A DNA stretch of 64,000 bases from assembly GCF_009914755.1 (NCBI RefSeq), contig NC_060937.1. The stretch is one strand, 5' to 3'. Both the position numbers and the translations under genes were made by a program. Source of the stretch: the human T2T-CHM13v2.0 reference genome, Homo sapiens. Shown here piece by piece: positions 60,915-64,000 of the stretch; positions within the stretch are counted from its first letter, which is position 1, and each line of letters begins with the position of its first letter. The notes below the pieces were generated by a model, which did not search any database, had not been told where the DNA came from, and worked only from the letters and a program-made list of their open reading frames with translations.

Positions 60915-61083
60915 TAGCATTACCAGATTTAGTAAACAGAAAGAGAGGATGCCCCATTAAATTCTGTTTCAGATGAACAATGAGTAATTTTTTTAATGTT
61001 AGTATGTTCCGTGCAGTGCTATACTTTGGCCATCTCAAATTCAAATTGAATGGGGCATCTTGTATTTTATCTGGCAATCCTTA
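60915..61083. mobile_element. MER53 palindromic MITE
   Basis: ttaccagatttagtaaac...aaattcaaattgaatggggcatcttgtattttatctggcaatcctta. Confidence 0.75.
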
Positions 61084-61138
61084 TCTGGTTCAGAGGCACA
61101 GAGGCTCTCAGTTTCCTTCCTTTAAGAACATACATATT

Positions 61139-61470
<332 letters not shown>

Positions 61471-62527
61471 AACATACATATTAATTTACTTACTCAGACA
61501 TTAATTAAATATTTAAATAGCCACTATGTGCCAAAAACCCTTCTAGTTGTTAGGAGATAGAGCAGAGAAAGAACAAATCAGAGGAAAATTCCTGCTCGCA
61601 AAGCGCTTCTACGAAATACAAAGGTCTGGCAAAGAGGCACTTTGCCATTTCGAATTTACCAGCCTCAGTTCCCCACATATAAGTGGGGCTATGTAGAAGA
61701 AAGAACATGGGATTTGGAAGCAGAAGATGGCCTTGTCTGTGAGAGCTCAGGCTTGTCACTTAATCTCTCAGACAGTTTCCTCGCCAATGAAACGGACACC
61801 ACATCTGCCTGACTTCACAGATGGGGTGAGGATCACATGGAATTTTGTCAGGGAAAGTGTTCTGTACGCTACAAAATGTTAAAATGTTACTAACATTATT
61901 GTTAATGCAATTGCTTTGGTATTTTGGAAATCAAATCTTTGGGATCTACAAATTTCATATAATTGTGGAAGTTACATAGGAAACTAGACATGTATCCCAA
62001 AATTACATGGAAAAGCAACTTAAATTTTTTTATGCTAGGTAATATTCACAAACATTAAGTATAGGCTGCATTTTCTTTATATACTACTGCAAAAATATTT
62101 TGTAAAGTAGGTAACAACATTATAAACATTCAGTAGCAGGATTATCAAACAGAGCCGTAAGTAACATATTTATATACTTGTTTGATGATGTTGCTAAAGT
62201 TTGCCAGAAATACCCATTGCAAACCTTTCTATAAAGAAACATAGAGTTGATTGTTTTATGAATTTTTAAAGAAAGTCTTTTTAAAAATAGAAAGGAGAAG
62301 TGAGGCCTTAATTATGACTTTCCACATTTTCTCCTTGGCTTCTTTGTTAAATATGCAAAAGGGTAAAATAAGATCAAATGAGGACACGATAAAGCTGAAT
62401 GTTCGACACCATTTAAAAGCAGTTGGTGAGACATTAAGTCAGAAGTTGGTATACTTTTCAATATGCTGTTACAATTTTAGGGGAAATTATCATTATTAAA
62501 CTAGTTCATAGCCAATTCCTAAATTCA

Positions 62528-62925
<398 letters not shown>

Positions 62926-64000
62926 TAAAAAGTGGGTCCTTAAGGAAGTGAGTAATTCACGGTTAGTCCTTCACTAAATTCATCTGTAATTTTGCTTATT
63001 TTCAGTAAGACCACACGGAAACTATTCTCATTCTTGTTCTACATACTTTTTTGGCTGAACTGTCAAGCCGACTTTTATATTCTGGAATAAGCTGGGGACA
63101 GAACTTCTTGTTTTGAAGGGAATAGCTATTATAGCCAAATGCTAGGATCTGAGTGACAGACTAGTGCCATATTTGGCACTGGCCATGCCTGAGTTCCAGC
63201 AGCTCTGAGCGAGCAAACGACACAGACCATTTTCTTACACCTTACATGGTTTGGTGGGAAGGGGCAACACGGCCCTTTGCTATCAAGGTTAACAGGGAAA
63301 GGAAAGGGAGAAGATCATCTCATAATGTATCCCTCAATCCATATTGGGCACATCTCTGGGAGAGTCAGGACCAGAGACAAAAGTCTCCTGACCTAGTATC
63401 TTAGAATTACACTTCAGCACTTTCATTTTGCAAGTGAAAAAATGCATCCAGGTGGATTTGCCCAAAGTGGCTGCTGGCAACTGAGACAGAACAAAGACCT
63501 TGCTCTCTTGACCTCCATCGGGGCTTTCCCACCACACTATCCTGCTCACCAATAGTAGGAAGCACGTGCTGAGCCTATTAGCAGGCTAATGAGAGTCAGC
63601 CATTAACAATCCAGCAAAGACATTTTCAGGACTGGGTTCCACATTCTTTGCACCCTACGGAAGGTGCTCTGGGGAAAAAAACCTATTAATTAAACGATGT
63701 GAAAACAATCCTAGGACTTAGCTGTTACTTTTTTCTAAATAACAAAATATTTTTGGCAAGTAAACAATGTAGTTCATACTTCAGTGGAAGGAACATAGCC
63801 AGGGTACGGGGCAGGCCAAGTTACACACATACAAGTAAACAAGCGGTCAACTATTTTTAAATGTACCTACCCTGTCCAATGATTAGGTGACCCAAATTCT
63901 GATCTTCTCAGAGGATGGAAATAGGTTATTTTTATTTTGCAACCCACTGTTTCCTTCTATATATAATACTGCATTTTTGAACAAAATTATATGAAGTTTA

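Overview
This is primate (most likely human) genomic DNA: Alu-dense, with GT-AG introns. It holds the 3' ends of two convergent protein-coding genes. On the + strand, six spliced coding exons (4794-5363, 11526-11575, 15548-15717, 17707-17896, 23428-23488, 28898-28971) join in frame into the C-terminal part of CDADC1 (cytidine/dCMP deaminase domain protein; HAE...CPCxxC zinc motif), followed by a 3'UTR of about 1.7 kb. On the - strand are the terminal coding exon (48017-48196) and a 3'UTR of about 2.2 kb of CAB39L (MO25-beta), whose last intron fills the rest of the window. Gene names come from recognising the translated proteins, not from a database search. The remainder is mostly about 38 Alu copies, old L1/L2/MIR pieces, DNA transposon fossils (Charlie1, Tigger3, MER1, MER53, MER58) and solo LTRs; repeat subfamily calls and boundaries are by eye and approximate. 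I found no CRISPR array, tRNA or rRNA gene, and no evidence of a new multi-gene system; almost all ORFs in the supplied track are repeat-derived or chance. The best leads are: a 1.8-kb polyadenylated, TSD-flanked retroposed insert of unknown source inside a Charlie1 element; a candidate poison exon and an alternative terminal acceptor in CDADC1; two mutually exclusive hairpins and a 32-bp direct repeat in the CAB39L 3'UTR; and divergent CTCF motifs.
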